Source: a virus
IMG/VR virus record: IMGVR_UViG_3300045988_007515
Coordinates: 1 to 39,688 of that record
DNA length: 39,688 nt
Strand: one strand, 5' to 3'
Below, in pieces: positions 25,435-33,888 of this stretch (positions are counted from its first letter, which is position 1; each line of letters starts with the position of its first letter). The notes beneath the pieces were generated by a model. That model saw nothing but the letters and a program-made list of their open reading frames with translations. It was not told the origin of the DNA and did not search any database. Made by a program: the position numbers and the translations under genes.

Positions 25435-25808
25435 CCCACCTCCTTTGGCGGTTCCGGCAGCGGCATCCACGCCAAAGCACGAGCATTTTTTCCATTGGCA
25501 ACTTCACCGCCCCATCTCCCGTTGTTTTGATATCCGAGTGCATAATTTACAAACAACCCATTAAAGTCTCCATAGCGGAAATACTCACCCCAACACAGCA
25601 CTTTCCGAAAATTCTCCGGTAGCCGCTCCTCCACCGGGATCCAGTGGGGCACCTGCCTCCGCAGTTTCTCAATTTCTTTCGCCTGCGCTTCGATCCGGTC
25701 GGCGGCCTCCGTCAGATCATCGCCCAGCGTGATCGGCGTTTCCCACTCATTTGCCCGTGCCCATTCTGCGTGCTCACGCAGCGCACTTACGAGGTTTGTA
25801 TCTCTCAT
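25431..25808 (-). CDS. DUF551-like domain protein
   Basis: HWIPVEERLPENFRKVLCW resembles the DUF551 core. Confidence 0.5.
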   Translation of the reverse strand: MRDTNLVSALREHAEWARANEWETPITLGDDLTEAADRIEAQAKEIEKLRRQVPHWIPVEERLPENFRKVLCWGEYFRYGDFNGLFVNYALGYQNNGRWGGEVANGKNARALAWMPLPEPPKEVG

Positions 25809-25817
25809 AGTTCCTCC

Positions 25818-26000
25818 CTACATTTCTTCATTCAGCCAGCTTGCCCACGTCACCATGCGGGTATCATCGGCATTGGATAGCTTCTCTGGGTATTTCAGAT
25901 CAAGTGAGCAGCCCTTTGCTTCCAGCGCGTCATCCACGGCTTTTTCGATCAGCTCACCCAATCTGGCTGCGTTTTTCGTGTAAAACTCAAAGTTTGTCAT
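25818..26000 (-). CDS. hypothetical small protein
   Basis: 60 aa; ATGA-type overlap with the upstream gene. Confidence 0.45.
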   Translation of the reverse strand: MTNFEFYTKNAARLGELIEKAVDDALEAKGCSLDLKYPEKLSNADDTRMVTWASWLNEEM

Positions 26001-26869
26001 TCCTCAAACCCCCCAAGCACTTCCTGCCCCGGCAAAACGCCGTCCTCCATCCACCAGTGGAATACATCCACGCCGGAGCGCCAAGAGTATGCCTCCATGC
26101 CCCGTTCGATCCGTATTATCAACATTTTGTCAAACGAACGTATCCACGCTGCCTTGATCTCTGGATAGCGGGCAAATTCCATGATTCTGGTTTTGGATGC
26201 CATGGGACAGCCGATGCAACCAACCCGGCAGAATCCCTCGCAGTACAGCGGATTCATGGGTATTTTTTCTGCGCCGACGTAATCCCAAATATCTGCCGTT
26301 TGCCAGTCTACAATGGGGTTTACTACTCGTTTCCCCTTGAGCTGACACGTTTCAAATAATCGGCGATCCTCGTCGTTATCGTTTGATAGGATCAGTTTGT
26401 TTTGTGGCTTAGACGTTAATACCTCTAAGCCGCCGCGGCGTTTCCTGGCTGTGGATTCGGCCCAGCGAACACCCGTAGCGATAAACCGATCCTTGCCTCC
26501 CCCCTCTTTAAGGACGGCGCAACAGTACCGCATCAGGCGTGTGGGCGGCATGAGTTTCTTTTGAATCAGTTTCCACATGGTCATACGGGAGCCGTCCGGC
26601 TGGACGTGCTTGTCCACGTCGCACTTGATGCCCTTGCATTCCAGCCGATAAAACGTATCGTACACATGGCGCACCGTCTCCGGCGCGTCTGCCGTGGTCA
26701 GGCTGTGCAATACCTCAAATGGGATGCCGCTGGCCCTTGCCAGATGCAACAGTACATCGCTGTCCTTCCCGCCGGAGTAGGTAATCACCAACGGTTTTTC
26801 AAAAAGCCGTAGGCTCATATCCGATGCCGCTTTCAGCCGCTCGATGGCGGTCTGCTCCAAGTCGCTCAT
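25997..26869 (-). CDS. PAPS-reductase-family PP-loop ATP pyrophosphatase with DUF3440-like C-terminus (IbrA/DndC-like)
   Basis: VITYSGGKDSDVLL (SGGKDS PP-loop); C-terminal CRVGCIGCP Cys cluster; start MSDLEQ is ATGA-coupled to the methyltransferase stop. Confidence 0.75.
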   Translation of the reverse strand: MSDLEQTAIERLKAASDMSLRLFEKPLVITYSGGKDSDVLLHLARASGIPFEVLHSLTTADAPETVRHVYDTFYRLECKGIKCDVDKHVQPDGSRMTMWKLIQKKLMPPTRLMRYCCAVLKEGGGKDRFIATGVRWAESTARKRRGGLEVLTSKPQNKLILSNDNDEDRRLFETCQLKGKRVVNPIVDWQTADIWDYVGAEKIPMNPLYCEGFCRVGCIGCPMASKTRIMEFARYPEIKAAWIRSFDKMLIIRIERGMEAYSWRSGVDVFHWWMEDGVLPGQEVLGGFEE

Positions 26870-28260
26870 AAACTCTCCAATCTCCAATCATCGCCCCGCA
26901 CCTGAAACGCATCCCCCAACTGCACCGTTTCCGGGTAATTGTGCTGTGTGGTTTGGATGGCGTACTTGTCGATCTCGGTCGCATAGTAGGCAGTAACATT
27001 CACGCCCAGCTTGTCCAGCGCGATATGGCCGCAGCTCATACCGTCGTACATCGACAGCACTTCCACCGGATCCTCCGTCAGCCCTTCAAAGTGGCTCATG
27101 ATGTGCGCAATCACGTCCACCGTCCAGCCGTTGCCCAGCATCTTGTAGGCTTGGGTGTCGCTCACCGGGAAAACGTACTCCTCCGGCACGGTCTGGAGGC
27201 GCATACACTCGCGGACCGTCAGCTTGCGGATGATGTAAAAGCCGTCTCGCAACTTGATCGGATACCATGTGTTTCCGATGGAGATTTTCCCGTCTCGCAC
27301 CTCGTAAATTTGCTTCGCCGTCGTCGGGTTCTTTTGGCAATGCCCCTCCTCGTCTGTCTGCGTCGGGACCATAGGCACATGTCCGCCGCCCATGCCCATG
27401 CTTGCCGTGATGGTCGGGCATTTCCCATCCTTAGCAAACACGCCCCAGCGGGAGTGTTGGCCGTATAGACTGCCCAAATGCAAAATCCCATCTGCATCTG
27501 TGGCAACCGGCGTTGCATAAAGGCCCGTCTTGGCTCCCAGGCCGCCGCCATTCCCGCAGAGGGTTATGCTTTTGCCATCCGGGCTGTAAACACGGTATTG
27601 CTGGCTGTCAAAAGTCTGGTTCTTTGCGTCATTCTCAATGGTTCCGATTCTGACCGGCTCCGCTACACAGGTCTTGCGGTCTATGGTGTTGCCAACCATG
27701 TTACGGATACCGTCTTTGTAGTAGGTAGCCCGCAGACATTGGGCTTTACCGTCCACTGTCATGTTGACTGGCTCCGCCACGCCCATATAGCCAAAATGTC
27801 CATTCGTTTCGATGTGTCGCAAAACATTTGACACACCCTGTTTTGTCGCCGCACTCGCTCTCAATGTGTACGCTTTCTCGTGCCACGTCACAGCACCGCT
27901 TTCCAAAATGTCCCGCAGGAGGATCCCACGGTCCGCCGGCTGCTCCACTGCCACTTGGCTGTATGTACCGTCCGGCTCACGCTTGCCTACCCAATATAAG
28001 CGCTGGCGGTTCTGCGCCGATACCAGCGCGGAATTGATAAGCACGGGTTCCACGCCCAGCTCCTTGCTGATTTGTGCCTTGATGGCCGGTGCCATGCTTT
28101 TGTTATTTTCGTACAGGAAAAAATCCGGCTGGTACTTATCCCGTGCGATACGATAATTCAAGAACAGTTCCCAGCCGATGCCGCTGGCCTCTGTCTCCCG
28201 GTTCTTCGTCTGTGCGATGCTCCAATGGGTGCAGGGACTTCCGCCGATCAATAGTTTCAT
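26866..28260 (-). CDS. DNA (cytosine-5) methyltransferase, circularly permuted motif order
   Basis: Starts MKLLIGGSPCTHWS (motif IV), then FFLYENNK (VI), QNRQR (VIII), LTVRECMRLQTVP (IX) and GNGWTVDVIAHI (X). It ends with LSMYDGMSCG (I) and YATEID (II). The start is ATGA-coupled to the upstream ORF. Confidence 0.8.
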   Translation of the reverse strand: MKLLIGGSPCTHWSIAQTKNRETEASGIGWELFLNYRIARDKYQPDFFLYENNKSMAPAIKAQISKELGVEPVLINSALVSAQNRQRLYWVGKREPDGTYSQVAVEQPADRGILLRDILESGAVTWHEKAYTLRASAATKQGVSNVLRHIETNGHFGYMGVAEPVNMTVDGKAQCLRATYYKDGIRNMVGNTIDRKTCVAEPVRIGTIENDAKNQTFDSQQYRVYSPDGKSITLCGNGGGLGAKTGLYATPVATDADGILHLGSLYGQHSRWGVFAKDGKCPTITASMGMGGGHVPMVPTQTDEEGHCQKNPTTAKQIYEVRDGKISIGNTWYPIKLRDGFYIIRKLTVRECMRLQTVPEEYVFPVSDTQAYKMLGNGWTVDVIAHIMSHFEGLTEDPVEVLSMYDGMSCGHIALDKLGVNVTAYYATEIDKYAIQTTQHNYPETVQLGDAFQVRGDDWRLESL

Positions 28261-28589
28261 ACGTCCTCCACCTCCTGCATCCAGAACTCGCGGCGGCAAA
28301 TATCACAACCTCTTCCAGTCGGGCAATGTCCGCGTAACGTTGTATCAACAAGGCATGGGTTTAAAGCAACGTTATGTGTGTTCGTATATATTGGCGCATT
28401 TGGAAACTGTTCCAGAAACACGCTCTGGCGTGTTTTGATGGGGTGCTCGGTGGCCCACTGTTCAGCAGCTTCCACCATCCCTTCATAATCGTTCTTTTTT
28501 TGCGCAGATATATATTTTTGAATCGCACAATCTATCGTACCCGACCTCAACATCCGAGTAACTGCCTTCATACACTCCACAGCGTCCAT
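28257..28589 (-). CDS. hypothetical protein with C-terminal Cys cluster
   Basis: 110-aa ORF; CPTGRGCDIC. Confidence 0.5.
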   Translation of the reverse strand: MDAVECMKAVTRMLRSGTIDCAIQKYISAQKKNDYEGMVEAAEQWATEHPIKTRQSVFLEQFPNAPIYTNTHNVALNPCLVDTTLRGHCPTGRGCDICRREFWMQEVEDV

Positions 28590-28966
28590 TACTTTTCCTC
28601 CTCAATTTCCACGCGGATCGTATCTCCGCTCCAAAATTTGTGTTCCACGGCACGGAACCACTCAGGGTTGTCATCCGGCAGTATGTAGCCCTTCATCGCA
28701 TCCACAAAGGCCTTGCCCAGCGCGCCGTGATTGTCGATGTCCAGATTGTCATTCCAGAAAAATGTCACCTTGACGGGGTGATTTACCAGACGTTTTGTAA
28801 TTCCTGCTTTTCGCATTGCCCAGTGGGCAAGCTCGTGCAGCTCTTCCGCGTCCTTCTTCCGCTGCGACCAATGCTTACCGGCGTAATACGCATTCAGGCC
28901 AAACCGCTTGTTCCACGCCGCTTTACCGCGCTTTGTTGCCGGATAAGGGATCTCAAATGCAATCAC
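28589..28966 (-). CDS. rusA: RusA-family Holliday junction resolvase
   Basis: DIDNHGALGKAFVDAMKGYILPDDN matches the RusA catalytic Asp pattern. Confidence 0.7.
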   Translation of the reverse strand: MIAFEIPYPATKRGKAAWNKRFGLNAYYAGKHWSQRKKDAEELHELAHWAMRKAGITKRLVNHPVKVTFFWNDNLDIDNHGALGKAFVDAMKGYILPDDNPEWFRAVEHKFWSGDTIRVEIEEEK

Positions 28967-29619
28967 CGCTTTTCCTCCTCACAAGTAAACAAACTGATCT
29001 GCGCCGTGTGTTCCGCAAAGCGCTTTTCCTGCGCCTGAAAATAGTGATGGTCGATCTCACACCCAACAAAGTCCAGCCCAGCGTCCCATGCGGCGATCCG
29101 GCTCGATCCACTTCCTAAATGCGTGTCTAATATTCTGTCGCCCGCCTTTGCAAAGCGTGAGAATATCCACGCATACAGAGCGATAGGCTTTTGCGTCGGG
29201 TGGATTGTCCCGCCCTCGCGCGCAAGTTGCCCGCGGTTAATTATTACAACTCTTGTCGGGGTATCAAATGAGGAATAGGCCAGCTCGCAGTCACTCATAG
29301 TCAAATCCTGTTGGCCTTTGTACCACACGATCCAGCCTTTATGCCCATGTTCCAGCGCGGTGACAAAATAATTTGCACCCCATATAATTTGGTTCTTTGA
29401 AACACGCTCCAGCTCTCTAAAATACTCCAGAGGCGGTATGTGCGTGTCCCACCCCCTTTTTGCGTGTTCCTTTCGGTTATGCTTTGGGTTCTTGTTGATA
29501 GACAATTTTTGACCGTCTATTCCGATTCCATAAGGCGGGTCCACTACGGCCAGATCAAACGCCTTGTCCTGCAGCGTCCGCATATACTCCATGCAGTCTA
29601 CGTTATAGGCTACGTTCAC
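28963..29619 (-). CDS. DNA methyltransferase, N6-adenine/N4-cytosine (beta class)
   Basis: DLAVVDPPYGIG (DPPY), HPTQKP, LDTHLGSGSS (AdoMet motif). Confidence 0.8.
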   Translation of the reverse strand: MNVAYNVDCMEYMRTLQDKAFDLAVVDPPYGIGIDGQKLSINKNPKHNRKEHAKRGWDTHIPPLEYFRELERVSKNQIIWGANYFVTALEHGHKGWIVWYKGQQDLTMSDCELAYSSFDTPTRVVIINRGQLAREGGTIHPTQKPIALYAWIFSRFAKAGDRILDTHLGSGSSRIAAWDAGLDFVGCEIDHHYFQAQEKRFAEHTAQISLFTCEEEKR

Positions 29620-29750
29620 CGCTTCTCCTCCTTGCCATCGGTAATGACGCTAACCACCCGGACACGGCCCAGAGGCTCCAGCAGCATCGCCACCGCCTCC
29701 TTCGTGCCCTGCGTGTCTTCGCCGTAAATATCAATCACGATCCGCATCAT
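29616..29750 (-). CDS. 44-aa hypothetical protein
   Basis: Start MMRIVIDIYGE; the longer track ORF upstream of it overlaps the better 29731..29988 ORF. Confidence 0.4.
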   Translation of the reverse strand: MMRIVIDIYGEDTQGTKEAVAMLLEPLGRVRVVSVITDGKEEKR

Positions 29751-29988
29751 TTCCCAGATCACCATCCAATTCCAGGTACGGCTGGAAGGATCGCATTTTT
29801 TTACCGCACCTTGCGCACTTGTAGTTATACATGGCATCGCAGTAGCAGCAGCCTGCTTCATCGTAGCTGTAATCAACTCCGGTGCGTTTCCAGTCATGTT
29901 GCTCGCATGGGCAAAGCCGTTCTTCCAGCTCTGCTGCTCGATAACTCAGCCGGACTATTTCTGCTTTCAAGCGCTTATTTCCAAACAT
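29731..29988 (-). CDS. hypothetical zinc-ribbon protein
   Basis: 85 aa; CPCEQH ... CARCGKK. Confidence 0.5.
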   Translation of the reverse strand: MFGNKRLKAEIVRLSYRAAELEERLCPCEQHDWKRTGVDYSYDEAGCCYCDAMYNYKCARCGKKMRSFQPYLELDGDLGNDADRD

Positions 29989-29995
29989 TTTTCAA

Positions 29996-30250
29996 TCATC
30001 CCCTCCTGAATTTTGGGCAGGCACGGACGCTGAAAGATTTCTCTACAAACTTCCCGCCGACCGTCCGTGTTGTGGCTATCGCATCCCATCCAGGAACCGG
30101 CTCAAACCGCGCCGACCACTCGCAGCCGCCGTATACATTGGCGCAGTCCCAACAGAGCTGCTGAGACTGGTACGTCACCTCCGGCGTCCTTGCCGCTTTC
30201 CATCTCCGGCATGGGCGCAACAGCTCGGCCAGCTTAAAATCTCCCGCCAT
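29996..30250 (-). CDS. hypothetical Cys-rich protein
   Basis: Start MAGDFKL shares 1 nt with the upstream stop (TGATG); 84 aa. Confidence 0.5.
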   Translation of the reverse strand: MAGDFKLAELLRPCRRWKAARTPEVTYQSQQLCWDCANVYGGCEWSARFEPVPGWDAIATTRTVGGKFVEKSFSVRACPKFRRG

Positions 30251-30990
30251 CACACATACCCCCAAGCGTCCTCGCATTTGCAGCCGGGGCCTTTTGCGCC
30301 CTTACGGCCACCGCGATCCTGTTCTTTGGCAAGCCAGCGAGTAATGAATCCACGCACACCACGCGCCGTTTTCCGCTTCGCCGGGTTATTCAGGCACCAT
30401 TCCCGCATCTCCCGCAACTGCTGTATCACGTCGACAGCAGGGTATACGCCTGCCCATTCCTGGCATTGCTCCTGCGACACCGGATATTCAGTGCCGTCAT
30501 TGAGGGGGATGGAAACCACCGGCGGGGATGCCGTTTGCGGCTCGCCGCCTACTTCTTCTGGATTCTGGATTCTGGATTCTGGATTCTGGATTGGATTACG
30601 GGCGCATTTGCTTTCACCTGCTTGCAATTGATTGCAATTGATTTCAGATGTAATCAATCCGTCAGCAGGTGCCGGGAATTTGCTTACTTTGTTCCTCACC
30701 GTCTGGTGTTCGCTCCAGTTTGGAAAACACAGGTACGGTTCTCCGTCAACTTCATAGAGGATCACAGAGCCTATGGTCGCCAATTCTGCAAGCGTCTTAC
30801 TGATCGTTCCCTCAGTCACACCTTTTCTGCGGGGAAATACAAAGCCTTTGAGCAATTCCGGGTCTGCGCTGCCGCGCCCATAATCATCAACGTAGGTGAT
30901 CAGGTACGCCCACAATCGGAATTGGAAATCCGACATTGCGTTGATGCTTTTGCTCGTCCTGATACTATCCTTGATGATCCTGTTCGGCAT
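30250..30990 (-). CDS. replisome organizer / replication initiator (DnaD/DUF4373-like N-terminus)
   Basis: 246 aa; FQFRLWAYLITYVDDYGRG N-terminal pattern; internal iteron-like repeats; lies next to ssb. Confidence 0.55.
   Translation of the reverse strand: MPNRIIKDSIRTSKSINAMSDFQFRLWAYLITYVDDYGRGSADPELLKGFVFPRRKGVTEGTISKTLAELATIGSVILYEVDGEPYLCFPNWSEHQTVRNKVSKFPAPADGLITSEINCNQLQAGESKCARNPIQNPESRIQNPEEVGGEPQTASPPVVSIPLNDGTEYPVSQEQCQEWAGVYPAVDVIQQLREMREWCLNNPAKRKTARGVRGFITRWLAKEQDRGGRKGAKGPGCKCEDAWGYV
30557..30591. repeat. five tandem copies of the 7-bp unit tctggat inside the replisome-organizer gene (iteron/origin candidate)
   Basis: Read directly; encodes IQNPESRIQNPE. Confidence 0.9.
30622..30641. 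repeat. two tandem copies of ttgcaattga (each contains the CAATTG palindrome)
   Basis: Read directly, 31 bp from the heptamer array. Confidence 0.85.
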
Positions 30991-31002
30991 TCAACCACCG
31001 CC

Positions 31003-31425
31003 TTAGAACGGGAGGTCCCCATCATCCTCAACCTCGCTGAAACCGCTCTGCGGTTCGCTCTGCGGTTCGCTCTGCGGTTCGCTCTGCACCGTGTCGCCGC
31101 CGTCCCGCTTGGAATCGCCAAAGTATACGCTGTCGGCCACGATCTCGGCACTGCGGCGCTTGTTGCCGTCCTTGTCCGTCCAGTCACGGATCTGCAGGCG
31201 GCCCTCCACCACGGCCATGCGGCCCTTAGAGAAATACTTGCTCGCAAATTCGGCTGTGTTGCGCCATGCCACCACATCGATAAAATCCGTTTCCTTCTCG
31301 CCGGACTGGGACTTGAAATCCCGATCCACCGCCACGGTGAAGGATGCGACCGCCGTGCCGCTGTTGGTGCGGCGCAATTCAGGGTCACGGGTCATCCGGC
31401 CCATCACAATAATTCTGTTCAGCAT
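31003..31425 (-). CDS. ssb: single-stranded DNA-binding protein
   Basis: MLNRIIVMGRMTRDPELRRT OB-fold start; acidic tip DDGDLPF; 140 aa. Confidence 0.9.
   Translation of the reverse strand: MLNRIIVMGRMTRDPELRRTNSGTAVASFTVAVDRDFKSQSGEKETDFIDVVAWRNTAEFASKYFSKGRMAVVEGRLQIRDWTDKDGNKRRSAEIVADSVYFGDSKRDGGDTVQSEPQSEPQSEPQSGFSEVEDDGDLPF
31045..31087. repeat. 3.6 tandem copies of the 12-bp unit gctctgcggttc (encodes the QSEP repeat in the SSB linker)
   Basis: Read directly. Confidence 0.9.
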
Positions 31426-31736
31426 AAATGTTCGCCCTTTCTGTAAATCATGTCCTCCCGGTTCCAATCCGGGTAAAATGCTTTCAGGTGCGCCACCAGC
31501 CGCACGTAGATGCGCTCGCGGTCTCTCAATGGTCCCTCGTCAAACAGGCGGTGGCAGTGGGGACAGAGGGTTGCAATATTCTGCTCGATCCCTCTGCCGC
31601 CCTGCGAACGCCGTACCACATGGGCCACCGGCGCACCTGCGGGAGACCCGCAAATCACGCACTGGTGATTGTCCCGCGCCCATACAACAACCTTCACGGA
31701 TTGCGAAATGGACGTGGCCTTTGTCATTTTGTGCAT
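31419..31736 (-). CDS. HNH endonuclease
   Basis: Start MHKMTKA with GGAGGAA upstream; CVICGS...HVVRRSQGG...NIATLCPHCH. Confidence 0.7.
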   Translation of the reverse strand: MHKMTKATSISQSVKVVVWARDNHQCVICGSPAGAPVAHVVRRSQGGRGIEQNIATLCPHCHRLFDEGPLRDRERIYVRLVAHLKAFYPDWNREDMIYRKGEHLC

Positions 31737-32257
31737 CCCCATTCCTCCATCATCCCCGCCAGCTTGTCCGGAGACAGGGTCTCGATACCTTGCTCCACGC
31801 AGTCCTGCACTGCCATATCGATCAAATGTGACATTTGCCGGGTGTTGTAGGTGCTGGAGCCGTAATACAAAATCACGTTGGTGCAGCCGGGGATCCTGCT
31901 TGCCATGGTATCCGTCTGCCAGCCAAGCCCATTGTGTTCCCACCCGTTCCGCAGCTTTTCCACGGCTGAATCGATCACGCAGACCATTTCATGATTGCCG
32001 CCGATCTCCCGAATGTATCTCCGGTAAATATCCGTCTTGGGAATTCGGATCTTTTCGGCCAGCCGATCAACCAGAACCCAGAAGTACGCATTCGCATCGA
32101 GGCTCCGCTTCTCCCGGTGTTCTTTGATCTCCACGTCATAGACTTGACCCTCTTTCAGTGCGCCAAGCACCTGCCGCGCCTTGTTGGTCTGGATGCACAA
32201 CCAATCACCGGCGGCATCCATCGTCCAGCGGAACGATGTGGAATTAACCCGCTCCAT
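31724..32257 (-). CDS. NinB/Orf-like recombination mediator (tentative)
   Basis: EKRSLDANAYFWVLVDRLAEKI resembles the NinB RSLxQN motif; sits in the recombination module. Confidence 0.4.
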   Translation of the reverse strand: MERVNSTSFRWTMDAAGDWLCIQTNKARQVLGALKEGQVYDVEIKEHREKRSLDANAYFWVLVDRLAEKIRIPKTDIYRRYIREIGGNHEMVCVIDSAVEKLRNGWEHNGLGWQTDTMASRIPGCTNVILYYGSSTYNTRQMSHLIDMAVQDCVEQGIETLSPDKLAGMMEEWGCTK

Positions 32258-32831
32258 AAAATTCCTCCATGCTGGGCCAATGCCCTGTCCGCAAGCATCT
32301 TGCCAAATACTGAAGCCTTGGCAAATACGCGTCTCTCACCCAACGCTCATCATACTGGACTTCATGGCTGGATAATCGCCGGGTGTCCACCGCAATAAAG
32401 TAATTCTGCATTTCGGCCTCAGTCAAACGGTATGCCACAATATTGCATCGCTTCCGATGTCTCCAAAAACCGTAGCCGCTGGCAAACATTTCAACCTGGC
32501 ATTGTTGCCAATATGCTTTGCTGACCTTAAATACCGGTTTCCCGTAGGTTTTTACCTCAATGATCGTATCCGGAAACTCACCGTCATAATTTACCCGCAG
32601 CCGATATCTCCGTATTCGGATTTGCCTGTCCATCGTACTTACGCCGATTGCAGACAAAATCCGATGCTCATAGGCCGTCCCTGCCTGCATTGCTGGCGTT
32701 GTGAAATGGTCTGTGCGTACACCTATCTTTTGCAGCCACCAGCGGCGAAACGTCTCTGTGTCCCACCGGCCCATGATGATTGCTGTGTCTGACGCGCCAA
32801 ACCATCCGCTCCGGTCATGGTTGTGGATCAT
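32244..32831 (-). CDS. YqaJ-like viral recombinase-domain exonuclease
   Basis: WFGASDTAIIMG, GTAYEHRIL, DGE...IIEVKT (PD-(D/E)xK). Confidence 0.65.
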   Translation of the reverse strand: MIHNHDRSGWFGASDTAIIMGRWDTETFRRWWLQKIGVRTDHFTTPAMQAGTAYEHRILSAIGVSTMDRQIRIRRYRLRVNYDGEFPDTIIEVKTYGKPVFKVSKAYWQQCQVEMFASGYGFWRHRKRCNIVAYRLTEAEMQNYFIAVDTRRLSSHEVQYDERWVRDAYLPRLQYLARCLRTGHWPSMEEFYGAG

Positions 32832-33475
32832 AGCTGCATCACAGCCTTTTCCAGCTTATCAATCGTTGCGAAATATCCAAGCATCGTTCCAAGCTGCTTT
32901 TCGTTGATATTCAGCGCGTGTAGCAGATCTTTGTGGTCAAGGCCCCGCTGCTCTTTTGCCGTAATCAGCCTTTCCAGTCTCTCCTTAATGGCCCAGATGC
33001 TATGGCGGCTCAAATCATCCTCGCCGTCATCCGCATCAGATTCCGCCCATAAGTCAAATCCAAGACCGGTTCTGATGGCAACGCCCTTCACGAATGCTCT
33101 GGCAAGGGCATTGTTAATCCGCAGCTGGTTCAGAGTGTCAGTGTAAACCACCAAGGATCCATTCAGCAGCGGCGTATCGTATACAAATTCCAAATCATCA
33201 ATGTGAATCAACACCCGCACAAACCAGCATTCCGTATCGCGCCCCTTGCTGGTGGACACTTTTGCTTGGGGCCAAAGATAAGTGTGAGTGGTTGGGCACT
33301 CCACCGGCGCATACCACACATCATTCGCTCCGTTTTCGTGCAGCAGTTTCACACATTTGCCCCAACTCAAATACGGGACTTTGATTGTCTTCCCGTTTTC
33401 GTCTTTGGCATCCCGCGTATCGCATTGTGGACGCACATCGATTTTAATTAACTCGTTAAATGATTTCAGTGCCAT
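32828..33475 (-). CDS. Rad52/Sak (DUF1071)-like single-strand annealing protein
   Basis: Start MALKSFNE with AGGAGGAAAG upstream; VPYLSWGKCVKLLHENGANDVWY pattern; adjacent to the exonuclease. Confidence 0.55.
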   Translation of the reverse strand: MALKSFNELIKIDVRPQCDTRDAKDENGKTIKVPYLSWGKCVKLLHENGANDVWYAPVECPTTHTYLWPQAKVSTSKGRDTECWFVRVLIHIDDLEFVYDTPLLNGSLVVYTDTLNQLRINNALARAFVKGVAIRTGLGFDLWAESDADDGEDDLSRHSIWAIKERLERLITAKEQRGLDHKDLLHALNINEKQLGTMLGYFATIDKLEKAVMQL

Positions 33476-33683
33476 TTTCTTTCCTCCTATATCTCGCAAA
33501 CCGCACAGTCTCGCCATAGCGGTTCTTCTGTGTGACCGTCTCCACGTCCAGCGCCACGCCGTCCCGCCGCAAGTCAGAGACCCGCGCCGTGAAATTGGCG
33601 ATGCCGCACTCGCTCATGGCCTCGGCCCGTGTGATGCTGCCGTGTTCATCCAGATACTTCAAGATCCGCTCACACTGGTTCAT
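33456..33683 (-). CDS. winged-helix DNA-binding protein
   Basis: MNQCERILKYLDEHGSITRAEAMSECGIANFTARVSDLRRDG. Confidence 0.5.
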   Translation of the reverse strand: MNQCERILKYLDEHGSITRAEAMSECGIANFTARVSDLRRDGVALDVETVTQKNRYGETVRFARYRRKENGTEII

Positions 33684-33684
33684 A

Positions 33685-33888
33685 TCAGTCCTCCGGGATG
33701 TCGATGATCGCGATCCCCATGGCCCGCGCCACGGCTTCCGGATCGCTGTCAACTTCATCCTTGAGCCAATCTTTCGCGCACTCCGGGCAGTAGCACTCGC
33801 CGTTGATCAAAAACCCCGGAGCCACATCGTCAAACGCATTGGGGTTCATAACGATGGAACATCTTGCGCACACCGGATAGATCTTCAT
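33685..33888 (-). CDS. hypothetical zinc-ribbon protein
   Basis: 67 aa; CARC ... CPEC. Confidence 0.45.
   Translation of the reverse strand: MKIYPVCARCSIVMNPNAFDDVAPGFLINGECYCPECAKDWLKDEVDSDPEAVARAMGIAIIDIPED

Noticed and set aside
28261-28299. Upstream ATG (28299) for the methyltransferase, which might have hidden an N-terminal motif I
   Set aside because: The 13 extra residues (MPPRVLDAGGGGR) contain no motif I. The ATG at 28260 has an SD and is ATGA-coupled to the upstream stop. The permutation call does not depend on the start choice.
30466-31446. 326-aa plus-strand ORF spanning the replisome organizer and ssb
   Set aside because: It lies antisense to two genes with clear family signatures. 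It reads through the tandem repeats as low-complexity peptide.
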